From Octopus vulgaris (lineage: Eukaryota), in assembly GCA_951406725.2 (NCBI GenBank), contig OX597840.1:35712001-35776000 (forward strand): DNA of 64,000 nt, given 5' to 3'. The translations under genes and the position numbers were made by a program. Below the pieces are notes generated by a model that was not told the DNA's origin, did not search any database, and saw only the letters and a list, made by a program, of their open reading frames with translations. Positions 14,757 through 27,161 of the stretch are shown here, piece after piece; the stretch's first letter is position 1; the number at the start of each line of letters is the position of its first letter.

Positions 14757-15284
14757 CTCTAAGCATTTCGCCCGGTGGGCTAACGATTCTGCCAAGCTCG
14801 CCTGCTTCAACAAACTATATCTGATCCGTTGAAACCTGGATGTGTAGATGTTAAATGATGATGATAATCCAAATAATTTTTCATAACTTGTGTGGGAAGG
14901 AACTGTGTGTGTGGGTGTGAATCTATACAGAAATAGCAATTAGAACCTCATGTGATCTCATGAGTAAAACGCGTGCAAACAATAAGAATTTATGACTATA
15001 TTGGATAAAATTGACCCTAAAAAGTGTTGTTTTTGAATTCCATTCCTCTCACCACTACCACTTGTCTATTCATTTGTCTTGTATAAATAATCTTCATCTT
15101 TTAATTAAAATTCACAGCATTCACGTCGTCATCATATTTGAAATTCTTGTGCAAAAAAAAAAAAACTGATGTTTTTACTAATTTATATAAACTATAATTT
15201 TGTCATTTAATCAAAGCAAAGTAATTAACGTACGTTTTTTTTTTTTTTTAAATTTTGTATTTTTGCAGGCGTTGAGTGCAAAAT

Positions 15285-15464
15285 ATGACGGGGCGTGTCG
15301 TAATTATAACAGGAGCCAACTCCGGCATTGGATTTGAGGCAGCTCGTTTGCTGTGCGAAGGTGGTAACGATGTGATCCTTGCCTGTAGGAACGAGGACAA
15401 AGGGAAAGCCGCTGTGGAGAAAATTCTCAGCAAGAATCCAAATGCTTTGGCAACTTTCATGCAG
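15285..15464 (+). CDS. Retinol dehydrogenase-like SDR (RDH11/12/13/14 group), coding exon 1 of 7
   Basis: Acceptor ttttgcag ends at 15268. An in-frame TGA (15273-75) precedes ATG 15285. Translation MTGRVVIITGANSGIGFEAARLL...ILACR...FMQ contains the TGxxxGxG Rossmann motif and an Arg after beta-2 (NADP(H)-type). Donor CAG|gtaaca, phase 0. Confidence 0.95.
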
Positions 15465-15989
15465 GTAACATTTGTTGTAGTTGTTGTTGCTGGTGGTGTA
15501 GTTGTCGTTGTTGATTGTAGTTGTTAGTTACTCTTTTACTTGTTTCGGTCATTTGACTGCGGCCATGCTGGAGCACCGCCTTTTTTTTAATCGAGCAAAT
15601 CGACCCCCGGGACTTATTCTTTTTGTAAGCCCAGTACTTATTCTATCGGTCTCCTTTTGCCGAACCGCTAAGTAACAGGGACATAAACAGACCAGCATCG
15701 GTTGTCAAGCAATGCTGGGGGAACAAACACAGATACACACACAAACACAGATACACACACAAACACAGATACACACACATATATACATACATATACATAT
15801 TTATGACGGGCTTCTTTCAGTTTCCGTCTACCAAATCCACTCACAAGGCTTTGGTTGGTCCAAAGCTATAGTAGAAGACACTTGCCCAAGGTGCCACACA
15901 GTGGGACTGAACCCGGAACCATGTGGTTAGTAAACAAGCTACTTACCACACAGCCACTTCTACACCTATTAGTTAATCTTTTGGCTCAA

Positions 15990-16330
15990 AAAGCAAAAAG
16001 CAAGGCCATGTAGGGGGACATGGAGTTATGTACAGGGTGGTGTTCATGCAAAGAGTTCAGGCCATTTCTGGTCAAGGGAGACTTTGAACCGAGCGGTCGT
16101 CGGCATCTTCACCATCTCGTCCAGCAGCTTATTCCACGGATCTGCAACCTGGACGGAGAAAGCCCCTCTGTTTCGATTGAGATGAAATCGTTGCAGATAG
16201 AGCTTTTCGGAGTGACCCCGCAGCCGACGCTCTGGAGCAGGAGTGAAGAACAGCTCTTTCGAGAGGTTACACTTTCCGCTTATGATGTTGTGAGCAATGT
16301 CCAGAATGACGGACCATCTGGCTATTTTTA
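15990..16330 (-). mobile_element. CR1-like LINE 3' fragment, second family
   Basis: LRGHSEKL...RNRGAFSVQVADPWNKL...FKVSLD. Confidence 0.75.
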
Positions 16331-16489
16331 GCCCATCAGCATTTAAACTAACCATACTAGTTCCAAATATTTTACCTGTTTTACATTTAAAATGTTAAGA
16401 TCTAACCTCACACATACCCTACAATGTCAATCTGAAGATGTAGAATTGGTACATGGACAGTTGACCGACAGGTAACTTACAGACAAGAT

Positions 16490-16615
16490 GGTTGTGTGGT
16501 ATGATGCAGAGTCCTGTTGCCAGCCGTAGGGTGTTCCAGCAGCCACCCTCTTGACCCAGGGCAACACAACCTCTTCCAGGCACTTGATGTAGGCTTCCAT
16601 GTTGAGTCTGAGGAA
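16490..16615 (-). mobile_element. Tc1/mariner-superfamily transposase fragment
   Basis: The minus strand reads LRLNMEAYIKCLEEVVLPWVKRVAAGTPYGWQQDSASYHT, matching the QQD.A..H second catalytic Asp region. Confidence 0.7.
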
Positions 16616-17129
16616 TTGTCTGTTGGTAAATTGTCTGCATGCGATGCAATCGTATCAAAATCTGAAAACTACAAGATAATATCTAATTAAAAGTAATGTA
16701 AACACAAGTATTACATTTGACAAAATCTGAATTTTAAGAGGCTAAACTAGTCATATGAGGCTGAAATATTTCTACCTATTCTATGTTTAAACTTGCCAGA
16801 TGCAGCCTCTCACACCTACCCTACAATGTTATTCTGAAAATAAACCTTCATATTGAAATCTCAAAGCTGCGAGGTAATGCATGATTAATTCAAAACGGTG
16901 TGCCAGTGGCACGTAAAAAGCACCCACTACACTCTGAGTGGTTGGCGTTAGGAAGGGCATCCATCTGTAGAAACTCTGCCAGATCAAGATTTGAGCCTGG
17001 TGCAGCTATCTGGTTCGCCAGCCCTTTGTCAAAATCGTCCAACCCATGCTAGCATGGAAAGCGGATGTTGAACGATGATGATGTGGATAATAAACATCAC
17101 AATTGACAGAAATCTGAATGCCAATAGGT

Positions 17130-17960
17130 TAATCAAAGTAGAAACGATGAGGACCCTCGGTCCTCCATGAGGTTGACTGATGACTTGTGCACCACCAAGA
17201 TCACCCTCTTGTCCGTGACCATCTTCAGTCCAATGGCAATACCGAGTCGATGACTGGAGATGGATGCAGAGGGGGACCCGTGGTATCTTACTTGCTCACC
17301 ATACTCTCTGCATTCTGTCTGCTGAAGTTGCCTGATGATTGGAGATCTTGTCTTGAAACAGCATTCACCCAGGGTGGGTTGAGCTGGCTTCATTCATCCT
17401 CAATGCTGCATCTCTCTCAAACGCCGACCAGACCTGGCGATTTAATGTTAACGACCACGTAATCTCCAACCACTCCCTATTCCAGCGGCAAACGCCGTAG
17501 ATATGGGGACCTAGGTTGAGTTCCAGATCAGCCTTGACTGTCATCAACCAGGTATTTCGTTGTCCACCACATCACTTTCGCCAACCCTGAAGGGGAGCTG
17601 GGGCAATTGCTTCGTAGATGAATTCTCCTGGTCGACGACAGAGGGCATAGCCCAGCCAACACAGACGTCTCGTTAGGATGACTTGTCGGAGGGATGTGAT
17701 TCTGCACTGGTGTCGCACCAAATTGTTGGAGACAAAGCGATGCCATCGGACACGAAGGATGTGGCGTAGACAGAGGTGACCGAAGGATTCTAGTTGCTTA
17801 ATGTCTTCCACCCTTGGAGATAGATGCAGCAGATGACTAAGATGTCTTGCTGGTCTCACCTAACTCTCTGCACTCCACCTTGCATTGCTGCAGTTGCTCT
17901 CCTCTCTGCTTAGGTTTCTTCTGCAGAGTCCCTTGGATCTGGTCTTTTTCACATTCAGAG
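17130..17960 (-). mobile_element. RTE-clade LINE fragment (degenerate)
   Basis: KQLESFGHLCLRHILRVRW..VSN..V....RRLCWLGY resembles the RTE C-terminal region (LRxILxIxW, RRLxWxGH). Confidence 0.7.
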
Positions 17961-19870
17961 GTCGGCAATCCCAGATATACTAATTAACCCAAAGCTGGGA
18001 TCCTGACAGATGCTACTTCTTTGGGTCAGTCTGATGTAAGAAAAGGACGTCTGCAACACTTAAGTGATGGAGGGGAGAATAAAAAAAGGATCTTAGACTC
18101 TGATCCAACAAATGATTCAAAAGTATTCCAGCCAGCCTGCTAGATATGGTAGCTAAATCTCCGTCAAATTACATTGTACAGTCTGAAAGAAAAATGACTC
18201 CAACCCCAAAAGGGGATGGTGATGACCTTTTCGATCAGGGGTCTTATAGTCAAGCTGATAGGACGTACCCCTTCGTTAGCGGACACTGCATTGATCTAAT
18301 AGAGGCTTGGCGCCAACACTTAAAGGGAGATAAATCCATGAGATGCCAGATGAGTTAGCTCCCATCTGCTTGCTACTACACTTCTACCCAGGGTAGACTG
18401 CGCTACTTAGCTAAATATGTTGCAACACCATGAAGAGATCCAGTCTCCTGGGGTATTGCATTATATTTTACTTCTGTTTCGTTCTGGGTTCAAATTCCGC
18501 CGAGGTCGACTTGTGCCTTTCATCCTTTTGGGGTTGATAAATTAAGTACCAGTTACGCACTGGGGTCAATGTAATCGACTTAATCCATTTGTATGTTCTT
18601 GTTTGTCCCTTCTCTGTTTAGCCCCTTGTGGGTAATAAAGAAATAGGTATTTCGTCTGCCGCTACGTTCTGAGTTCAAATTCCGCTGAGGTCGACTTTGC
18701 CTTTCATCCTTTCAGGGTCGATAAATTACGTACCAGTTATGCACAGGGTTCGATATAATCGACTTAATCCGTTTGTCTGTCCCTGTTTGTCCCCTCTATG
18801 TTTAGCCCCTTGTGGGTAGTAAAGAAATAGGTATTGCATTATATTTTACTAGCATACAGAGGTGCAGGCGTGGCTGTTTGGTTAAGAAGTTTGCTTCCTA
18901 ACCATGTGGCTCCATGTTCAGTCCCACTGCGTTGCACCATGTGTCTTTCGTTTTAGCTCTGGGCTAACCAAATCCTTGGAAGTGAATTTGGTAGACGGAA
19001 AATGAAAACAAGTCCATCGTGTGTCTGTGTATATAAATACGCGTTTGAGTGTCCCTCGTTTAGCATTGCTTGATAGTTGTAAATGAATGTGACCATTGTA
19101 CTGGTAGTTTTGTTTCCAATTTTCCATCAAAACGTGTCCAGCCATTGTGACAAATATTACCTTGCTTGGAAATAAGGATTTCTGATAGGAAGGGCTTCTG
19201 GTTGGAGAATATCTGCTTCAACTAATTCCATCTGATCTCTGCAGTGGAAGAGGAGGATAGCAGGTGAGGCAGAATGGTTGAAAGACAAACATTTAGAAAG
19301 TTTCAAAAAATTCATCTGCCAAAAATAGATATGATTTCAAAATATTATTACTTGTAATTGTATGCACAAGTCCCCAAAAAACTGATTTTGTTATTGTGAT
19401 ATTTTCACATATCAAGAATGAAGAATTTAGTAACAAGAGTCCGTAAAAGGAAAGAGAGAGAGAGAGAGAGGTATCGATGATAATGTTCTGACTTCGAATC
19501 CATGGTTATCTCCTTTTAACCACCACCCCTCTCTCTCTCTCTCTGGACCTTTGTTGAGGCATGAGCAAATTTTCATCCCAAAAAAGCAGTCCAGAGAAAA
19601 ATTGTTTGGGAACCACTCTATTAAAGCCTTTCTATCTGAATCCTCTCTCCCTCCAATCAACCTCACCAATTACCCCACTTCTTTGACTCCGCTTTAGCAT
19701 TCTCTTGGAAACCTTTATCTTTCAGAATTTCCATTTCTGCTCATGGTTTCCCTGTCAACATTGAACTTCATCTGTTCAGACTCAACACCATTAACATCTG
19801 TCTCTCTTCAGTTTTGGAAGAGTCTGTAGAGGTGATGTGCACGGCTGCCTCTCCTTGATTTCTCCTTTAA

Positions 19871-20225
19871 CCGTTTCATTACCAACCTGGCTGAAACCGG
19901 CTCTGGCTCTGAGTACAAATGTCTTGTTTTCATAAGTTCTGAATTAAAATCTTCCACCAAACCTTAGTCACAATTTATGTTCCTAACACTAGCTTAATGA
20001 TAACCAAGTTAGTTCACTAAATTCTTTGTTATATTTAAAATGAATTGAAAGAAACACAGAGCATTATCATTTAACGTCCGCTTTCCATGTTAGCATGGGT
20101 TGGAGGATTTTGACTGAGGGCTGGTGAACCAGATGGCTGCACTAGGCTCCAATCTTGATCTGGCAGAGTTTTTACAGCTGGATGCCCTTCCTAACTCCAA
20201 CCACTCAAATACAATAACGAAAGGG
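19871..20225. mobile_element. piggyBac-type MITE family 1 copy interrupted by a SINE
   Basis: TTAA at both ends, with the same internal sequence as 7097-7311 in reverse orientation. A family C SINE lies at ~20065-20208. Confidence 0.7.
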
Positions 20226-20834
20226 TTAACAACAGTGTAAACCCCCCCCCCAAAAAAAAAACCATTGGTGATGGTACCATGTAAAAAGCATCCAATACAC
20301 TCAGTAAATTGGTTGGCATTAGGAAGGGCACTCAGCCATAGAAACCATACCAAAACAAGACACAGGGACCTGGTGCAGCTCCCAGCCTTACCAGCTACTG
20401 TCAAACCAACCCATGCCAGCATGGAATAGGGATGTTAAATGATGATAATAAACAATAGTAACAGCCAATCTAAGTTGTATTGATTTCAGATTGAACTTAA
20501 TTATAAAATTTGTTCAGTAACTTTTGAAAATTTTAAACCTTTTGTTACATTATTAACTGGAGCTGTCTTTACCATTTTTTTCCCCTCCATTTGATCTCTG
20601 CTTTTCCTTGCATCTTCCTTTTGGATTTTGGTACCCTGCAAGAGGTTTCCTTGACGAAAGGCCCTCATCTCCCAGGCCTTCTTGATATTGAATTGTCATC
20701 TACGCTTCTGTAACTGCTTCTTTTCTAGGCAGGGGTGCTCCCTTGGTGTAGTTCTCAGGGTCATGGAGGCCCACAATCTACTACACCCACAAGGTGATGG
20801 ACCCTGTGCTGGTTTTCTTATATAAAATAAAATA

Positions 20835-21172
20835 AATGCGCCCTTTTAAAGCCTAGCCAGATTCATGGGCCCAGTTTCCCTGTGTCTATGGCATATGTGT
20901 TCCCCAGCTGGACGGGACGCCAGTCCATCGCAGTGCGCCCTTTTAAAGCCTAGCTGGGCCCAGTTTCCCGGTTTCTATGGCGTATGTGTTCCCCAGCTGG
21001 ATAGGACGCCAGTCCATCGCAGCGTTACTCATTTTTGCCAGCTGAGTGGACTGGAGCAACGTGAAATGAAGTGTTTTGCTCAAGAACACAACGCGTCACC
21101 CGGTCCAGGAATCGAAACCACAATCTTACGATCATGGTACTGACACCCAAACCACTAAACCACACGCCTCCA
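20835..21172 (-). mobile_element. SINE family D copy with internal ~95-bp tandem duplication
   Basis: gcgcccttttaaagcctagc...cagtccatcgcag occurs twice in tandem; otherwise matches 50666-50919. Confidence 0.8.
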
Positions 21173-21281
21173 CGGTTTTTCTTATATGTTGTGGTTTAAA
21201 CTTTTAATAAATTATGTTAATTGCTTTTGTCTTCTCCTTCGTTATATTAATTAATTAATTGTTGTTGTCTTCTCCTTTCAG

Positions 21282-21453
21282 ATGGATCTTGCTGACAAAG
21301 CTTCTATCCATAAATTCGTGGAAGATTTCCATAAAACAGAAAAGAAATTGCACGTCTTAATCAATAATGCTGGCTGCTTCCTGAACCCGAAAGAGACAAA
21401 GCGTCAGTTCACTAAGGACAACTTTGAATTAACAATGGGTACAAATCACTTAG
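21282..21453 (+). CDS. RDH-like SDR, coding exon 2
   Basis: Acceptor ctttcag|. MDLAD...LHVLINNAG...DNFELTMGTNHLG (NNAG and FE...TNHLG motifs typical of the RDH12-like group). Donor G|gtaatt, phase 1. Confidence 0.95.
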
Positions 21454-22574
21454 GTAATTATCCCTTTTTTTTAATTACTAAAAATAATTAGGGTGGTGAG
21501 TTAGCAGAATCGTTAGCATGCTGGTCAAAATACTTAGCAACATGTCACCTGCCTTTACGTTCAGGGTTCAAATTCTGCTGAGGTGGACTTTGCCATTCAT
21601 CCTTTTGAGGTAGACTTTGCTTTTCATCCCTTTTGGGGGTCGATAAAGTACCGGTCAAGCGCTTAACCCGTCCTTCAAAATTACTGATCTTGTTCCAAAA
21701 TTTGAAACCAATAATTAACATAATTCTTAATTTATCAAGCCCCAAAAGAATGAAGATATTAAGTACCAGTTGCGCACTGGGGTCGATGTAATTGATCAGC
21801 CCCTTCTTCACACAAATTTTGGGCTTTTTGCCTTTAGCGGAACGGACATATACAGAGTGATGCTGGAGTGTCCCTATTATTAGCAGCGATGTTAAAGTCG
21901 CAAGCTGGCAGAATCGTTAGCACACCTGACAAAATGTCGGTAAGCATTTTGTCAGGTGTGCTGAGTTCAAATCTGACTGAGGTCGACTTTGCCTTTCATC
22001 CTCTCAGGGTCAATAAAATAAGTAACAGTTGAAAACAGGGGTCAATGTTATAGTTTAATTCCACCCGTAAATTTTAGGCCCTCTAGCTTGTTTACCAACC
22101 ACATGGTTGCGGGTTCAGTCCCACTTGGGCAAGTGTCTTCTACTACCAAAGCCTTGTGAGTGGATTTGGTAGACGGAAACTGAAAGGAGCCCGTTGTATA
22201 TACGTATAAATATATGTATGTATGTTTGTGTGTCTGTGTTTGTCCCCCTAGCATTGCTTGATAACCGATGCTGGTGTGTTTATGTCCCTGTCACTTAGCG
22301 ATTCGGCAAAAGAGACCGATAGAATAAGTACTGGGCTTACAAAGAATAAGTCCCGGGGTCGAGTTGCTCGATTAAAAAAGGCGGTGCTCCAGTATGGCCA
22401 CAGTCAAATGACTGAAACAAGTAAAGAGAAAGATAGATTTCAAATAAACAGGTGTAAAAACCAAAGACCTTTCTTAACGAATCTTGTTTTGTTTTCTCTT
22501 GTTAATTAGTCTTGTTCTGCTTGTTCTCGTCAAGCGAAATCACTTAATTGTGTTTCTGTTGTATTTCAAAACAG

Positions 22575-22700
22575 GACCTTTCTTGTTAACCAATCTGTTA
22601 TTGCCTGATCTGAAGAAAACTGGTGAAGAAAATGGGGATTCCAGAATCGTTACCGTAACAACTCATCTTCATGACAAATCTGTCACCAGACGACGACCAG
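22575..22700 (+). CDS. RDH-like SDR, coding exon 3
   Basis: Acceptor aaacag|. (G)PFLLTNLLLPDLKK...SRIVTVTTHLH. Donor G|gtgaga, phase 1. Confidence 0.93.
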
Positions 22701-23377
22701 GTGAGATATTTGATCAAGGTGGTTATGCCCCAGCATGGCCACAGTGTAATGACTGAAACCAGTAAAAGAAAATAAAGATACCTGTTTATGTAATTGTGTG
22801 TGTGTGTGTGTGTGTGTGCTGATATTTGTATATGTTGTTGGTTTCTGAGGGATTGTTATTTCTCATATTTGTCTGTGTGGTTGGCTGGGCATGGTTGGCT
22901 TGTCTCGTTAACTGGGCTCAAGTGGTTTTATGTGGGTGTCTGTCTGGGTGTGTGTGTGCTTGTGTGGGTGTGGGTGTGTGTGTGTGTGTGTGTCTGGGTG
23001 TGTGTGTGTGTGTGTGTGCTTGTCTGGGTGTGTGTGTGCTTGTCTGGGTGTGTGTGTGTGTGTGTGCTTGTCTGGGGGTGTGTGTGTGTGCTTGTCTGGG
23101 TGTGTGTGTATGCTTGTCTGGGTGTGTGTGTATGCTTGTCTGGGTGTGTGTGTATGCTTGTCTGGGGGTGTGTGTGTGTATGCTTGTCTGGGGGTGGGGG
23201 TGTGTGCTTGTCTGGGTGTGTTTATTAGTGTCTACCCTACGAGTGTGCCAGGTCTTGCCTGTCCAGTTGGCCACTGTGTCTGAATGTAAGAGAGAGAGAG
23301 ATACGGATTGTATATTGGTGTGACACACAGACACACTGTATTATCCTTTAATCTTGTTTCTTTTTCTCTGCCTTCAG

Positions 23378-23539
23378 TTGTTGAAAACTTGGATATTGAC
23401 AATTTCTTCTTGGAGAAGGAGAATACTTACAACTCTCACCAAGCATACAAGAACTCTAAACTGGCCAACATAATGTTCACCTATGAACTTGCTAAGCAGC
23501 TGGAGAATACTGGTGTCACTGCAAATTGCCTTTGCCCAG
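23378..23539 (+). CDS. RDH-like SDR, coding exon 4 (catalytic YxxxK)
   Basis: Acceptor ccttcag|. ...AYKNSKLANIMFTYELAKQL...VTANCLCPG. Donor G|gtaagc, phase 1. Confidence 0.95.
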
Positions 23540-23739
23540 GTAAGCCTTTCTTTTATTTTCAAAATTCAAACAAGGGCATTGGTCATCATCGTTTAGCGTC
23601 CGCTTTCCATGCTGGCATGGGTTGGATGGTGCAACTGGGGTCTGGGAAGCCAGAAGGCTGCACCAGGCTCCAGTTTGATCTGCCAGTGTTTCTACGACTG
23701 GATGCTCTTCCTAACGCCAACCACTCCGTGAGTGTAGTA

Positions 23740-24015
23740 GGTGCTTTTTACATGCCACCTGCACAGGTGCCAGACGAGGCTGGCAAACAGCCACGATCGG
23801 ATGGTGCTTTTTACGTGCCACCGGCACAGGGGCCAGACGAGGCTGGCAAACGGCCACGAACCGATGGTGCTTTTTACGTGCCACCGGCATGGAGGCCAGG
23901 CGAGGCTGGCAAACAGCCACGATCGGATGGTGCTTTTTACGTGCCACCTGCACAGGTGCCAGGCGAGGCTGGCAAACGGCCATGAACGGATGGTGCTTTT
24001 TACGTGCCACCGGCA
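23740..24015. repeat. 60-bp minisatellite (~4.5 units) inside a family C SINE
   Basis: ggtgctttttacgtgccacc.gcacagg.gccag.cgaggctggcaaac.gccacga..ggat repeats with a 60-nt period. Confidence 0.92.
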
Positions 24016-24367
24016 CGGATGCCATTCGGGGATTGTATTTCAAATAAAATATAGCAACAAAAAAAAGTTGATTTAAATAAAAACCTTTCATCAAAATTTC
24101 ATGTTTGTCTAAACAGCCGCTAAAAAAGACGGTTATTTTACTAAATTGTTCGTTAGCTTCAAAATTAATTGAAACAAAGGCAGCATATGTTGACAGAAAT
24201 ATGGTAATGAAAGGGTTAATTAGTGAAAATAGTTGTTAGTATTTAGCCCCTCCCAACAGCAGATCTTTAGAAGAAGGGTAGCCGTGTTGTTCCTTTGCAG
24301 CAAGACACCTGTTCCTGCCCCTCTGTTGTACTTCAATGGGCATATAGGGGTTAAACTCTTGAGACAG

Positions 24368-24760
24368 TGGTGCAGGAGTGGCTGTGTGGAAAGTAGCTTC
24401 CTTATGAACCACATGGTTCGGGGTTCGGTCCCACTGCGTGGCACCTTGGGCAAGTGTCTTCTGCTGTAGCCTCGGGCCGACCAAAGCCTTGTGAGTGGAT
24501 TTGGAAGACGGAAACTGAAAGAAGCCCGTCGTATATATGTATCTATATGTATATGCGTGTGTGTGTTTGTCCCTCTAGCATTGCTTGACAACCGATGCTG
24601 GTGTGTTTATGTCCCCGTCACTTAGCGGTTCGGCAAAGGAGACCGTTAGAATAAGTACTGGACTTACAAAAGAATAAGTCCTGGGGTCGAGTTACTCGAT
24701 TAAAAAAAAAGGCAGTGCTCCAGCATGGCCGCAGTCAAATGACTGAAACAAGTAAAAGAG
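24368..24760 (+). mobile_element. tRNA-derived SINE family B (CORE-like; resembles octopus OR-type SINEs)
   Basis: A-box gtggctgtgtgg, B-box gggttcggtccc, CORE-like ccttgggcaagt, internal microsatellite, tail gactgaaacaagtaaaagag. Other copies at ~2257-2605(-), 12226-12530(+), 12535-12735(-), 15530-15965(-), 22085-22425(+), 37150-37540(-), 40255-40810(+) and 61345-61742(-). Confidence 0.8.
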
Positions 24761-24883
24761 TAAAAGAGAGAGTGCCCCAACCATTCCAGAAGATTTTTAT
24801 GGGTGTCGTGATGGCGGAGGTGGTGTGGTGGTTTGATGGAAAGATAGAAGAACTGAGAATTGTTGTCTTTTGTCTGTTTCCAG

Positions 24884-25045
24884 GTTTTATTCCAACAACA
24901 GAATTAACTCGTAGCACCAGCAGCGCTCAGCGCTTCTACCGCAAGTTTGTTCTCCATGGACTTCTCCGTTTCACAAAGATGACCAGAACTGTGGAACAAG
25001 GTGCCAAAGCTCTTGTTGAAATGGCAACTGGAGAGAAATTAAAAA
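24884..25045 (+). CDS. RDH-like SDR, coding exon 5
   Basis: Acceptor tttccag|. (G)FIPTTELTR...TRTVEQGAKALVEMATGEKLK. Donor A|gtaagc, phase 1. Confidence 0.92.
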
Positions 25046-25253
25046 GTAAGCATTCTTTTCTTTTTCTGTGCTTTTTTTCTTTTTATATTCTTACTTCCAT
25101 TTTAAAAAATTTTTTTTTTAAGGAATATTTTTTGCGTGGATATGGTAGATGGAAACTGTATATATATATGTGCATTCAAAATGTGACCGCGTGTGTACCG
25201 TTGGCGAATTATTTATTTATTTTTTTTTTTTCTCTCTGGATCTTTCCTACTAT

Positions 25254-25288
25254 GTTTCTGACGAAGAGCTCCGCTCGAAACATTAAAC
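25254..25288 (+). ncRNA. Minimal (Penelope-type) hammerhead ribozyme motif, probably mutated
   Basis: gttt-CTGACGA-a-gagc tcc gctc-GAAA-ca-TT-aaac. Stem I gttt/aaac and stem II gagc/gctc are intact, as are the core boxes. Stem III has A where G would pair. Confidence 0.6.
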
Positions 25289-26386
25289 CCTCCTTCTTCC
25301 CTTCCTTACCGAGTGTCCAATAATACTATATTTGTTCCATGTCCTCGCGTTGTGTTTTTTGTGCTTTCTTGTTTGGATTAACTGTATATATGTGCATGTG
25401 TGTCTATCAAAATCAAAGTGAAATTCGATGACGGGCACGAGCACCATACGAGCGTGATCGTTGACAGAGCGGCTAACAGGCTTCCGTGCCAGTGGCACAT
25501 AAAAGGGCACCATTTGAGTGTGATTGATACCAGTATCGCCTTACTGGTACTTGTGCCCCGTGCTAGTAGGGTGCTAAGAGCACCATCTGAGCGTGATCGT
25601 TGCCAGAGCAGCTAACTGTCTTCCGTGCCGGTGGCATGTAGGAGGCACCATTCGAGCGGTATCGTTACCAACATCGCCTTACTGGCACCTGTGCCGTTGG
25701 CATGTGCAAAAGGATTCGAGCAAGGTCATTGCCAGAACCGCCTGACTGGCCCCTGTGCTGGTGGCACGTAAAAGCACCCACTACACTCGGAGTAGTTGGC
25801 ATTAGGAAGGGCATCCAGCTGTAGAAACTCTGCCAGATCAGATTGGAGTTTGGTTCGCCAGACCTCAGTCAAATCGTCCAACCCATGCTAGCATGGAAAG
25901 CAGACATTTAATGAAGATGTTGATATATAAATATATATATATAATCTACTCATACATGCATAGAAGATGGATGTTAGACGATGGTGATATATAATATTGT
26001 GTGGCACCTTAGGCTAGTGTCTTCTGCCATAGCATTAGACAGGCGGAAGCTTTGTGAGTGGATTTGGTAGATGGAAACTGAAAGAAGCCTGTTGCATATT
26101 TTTGTGTGCCTGTGTTTCTCCCCCACCACTGCTTGGCAGCAGGTGTTGGTACGTTTACATCCACATAACTTAGCAGTTTGGCAAGAGAGACTGACAGTAA
26201 CAGGTTTAAATAAATACCGGCATTGATTCATGTGACTACAAATTCTTCAAGGCCACAGTCTAATGACTAAAGCAAATAAAAAGTTGAAGGGTGGTGGGGT
26301 GGTTTGTATATGTCTGTAGTGTTTTAGGGTGGGGCAATGTCTTGTTTTTGTCGAGTCTTTGAAAATGTCCATTTGTTCCATTCCAG

Positions 26387-26656
26387 GTGTTAATGGTAAA
26401 TACTACAAAGAACACCAAGAACTGAAGTCTTCTGAAGAATCCCAGAACGAGGAAATGCAGAAGAAAGTCTGGGATCTGAGCGCCAGGTATTGTCACTTGG
26501 AAGGTTTTGAAGCTTTGGACGCCCCAGTTCCTCCTCCACCAGAAGAACCAAAGGAGAAATCTAAGGAAAAATCCAAATCTGAAGAAGAGAAGAAGGAAGG
26601 CGGCGAGGAGAAGGCTGAGGAAGATAAGTCTGAGAAGACTGAAGAGAAGGCTAAAG
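26387..26656 (+). CDS. RDH-like SDR, coding exon 6
   Basis: Acceptor ttccag|. (S)VNGKYY...EEMQKKVWDLS, the conserved SDR C-terminal motif, followed by PVPPPPEEPKEK... Donor G|gttggt, phase 1. Confidence 0.9.
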
Positions 26657-27130
26657 GTTGGTATCTATTCAAGGGTGGTGGTCATGGGGGAATAGTTTCA
26701 TGCTGTCCCTCCCTTCATGGTTCTCTAGATGTAATCTTTAGTGTTCCAGTTTTGGCACTTTTGGAGTTTTGATTCTCAGACTTGACCCATGCAAGCACAG
26801 AAAAAGGGGACAGGAAATGAGGAAATGATATCCCTAGGGGCAGGCGTGGGTGTGCGGTAAGAAGCTTGCTTCCCAACCACATGGTTGCTGGTTCAATCCT
26901 GCTGTGACACTTTAGGCAAGTGTCGCCTACTTAGCACCTGAGCTGATCAAAGCCTTTTGAATGGATTTGGTAGATGGAAACTGAAAGAAGCCTGTTATAT
27001 ATATATACACACACACACATATATACACACACACACATATATACACACACACACATATATACACACACACACATATATACACACACACACATATATACAC
27101 ACACACATATATACACACACACACATATAT

Positions 27131-27161
<31 letters not shown>

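Noticed and set aside
15248-15460. Minus-strand ORF over SDR exon 1 (likewise 23374-23562, 27584-27850, 56226-56417 and 56637-56918)
   Set aside because: Antisense shadows of real coding exons.
23740-24015. Regularly spaced repeats resembling a CRISPR array
   Set aside because: The whole 60-bp unit repeats with no unique spacers; it lies inside a SINE in a eukaryotic intron and there are no cas genes.
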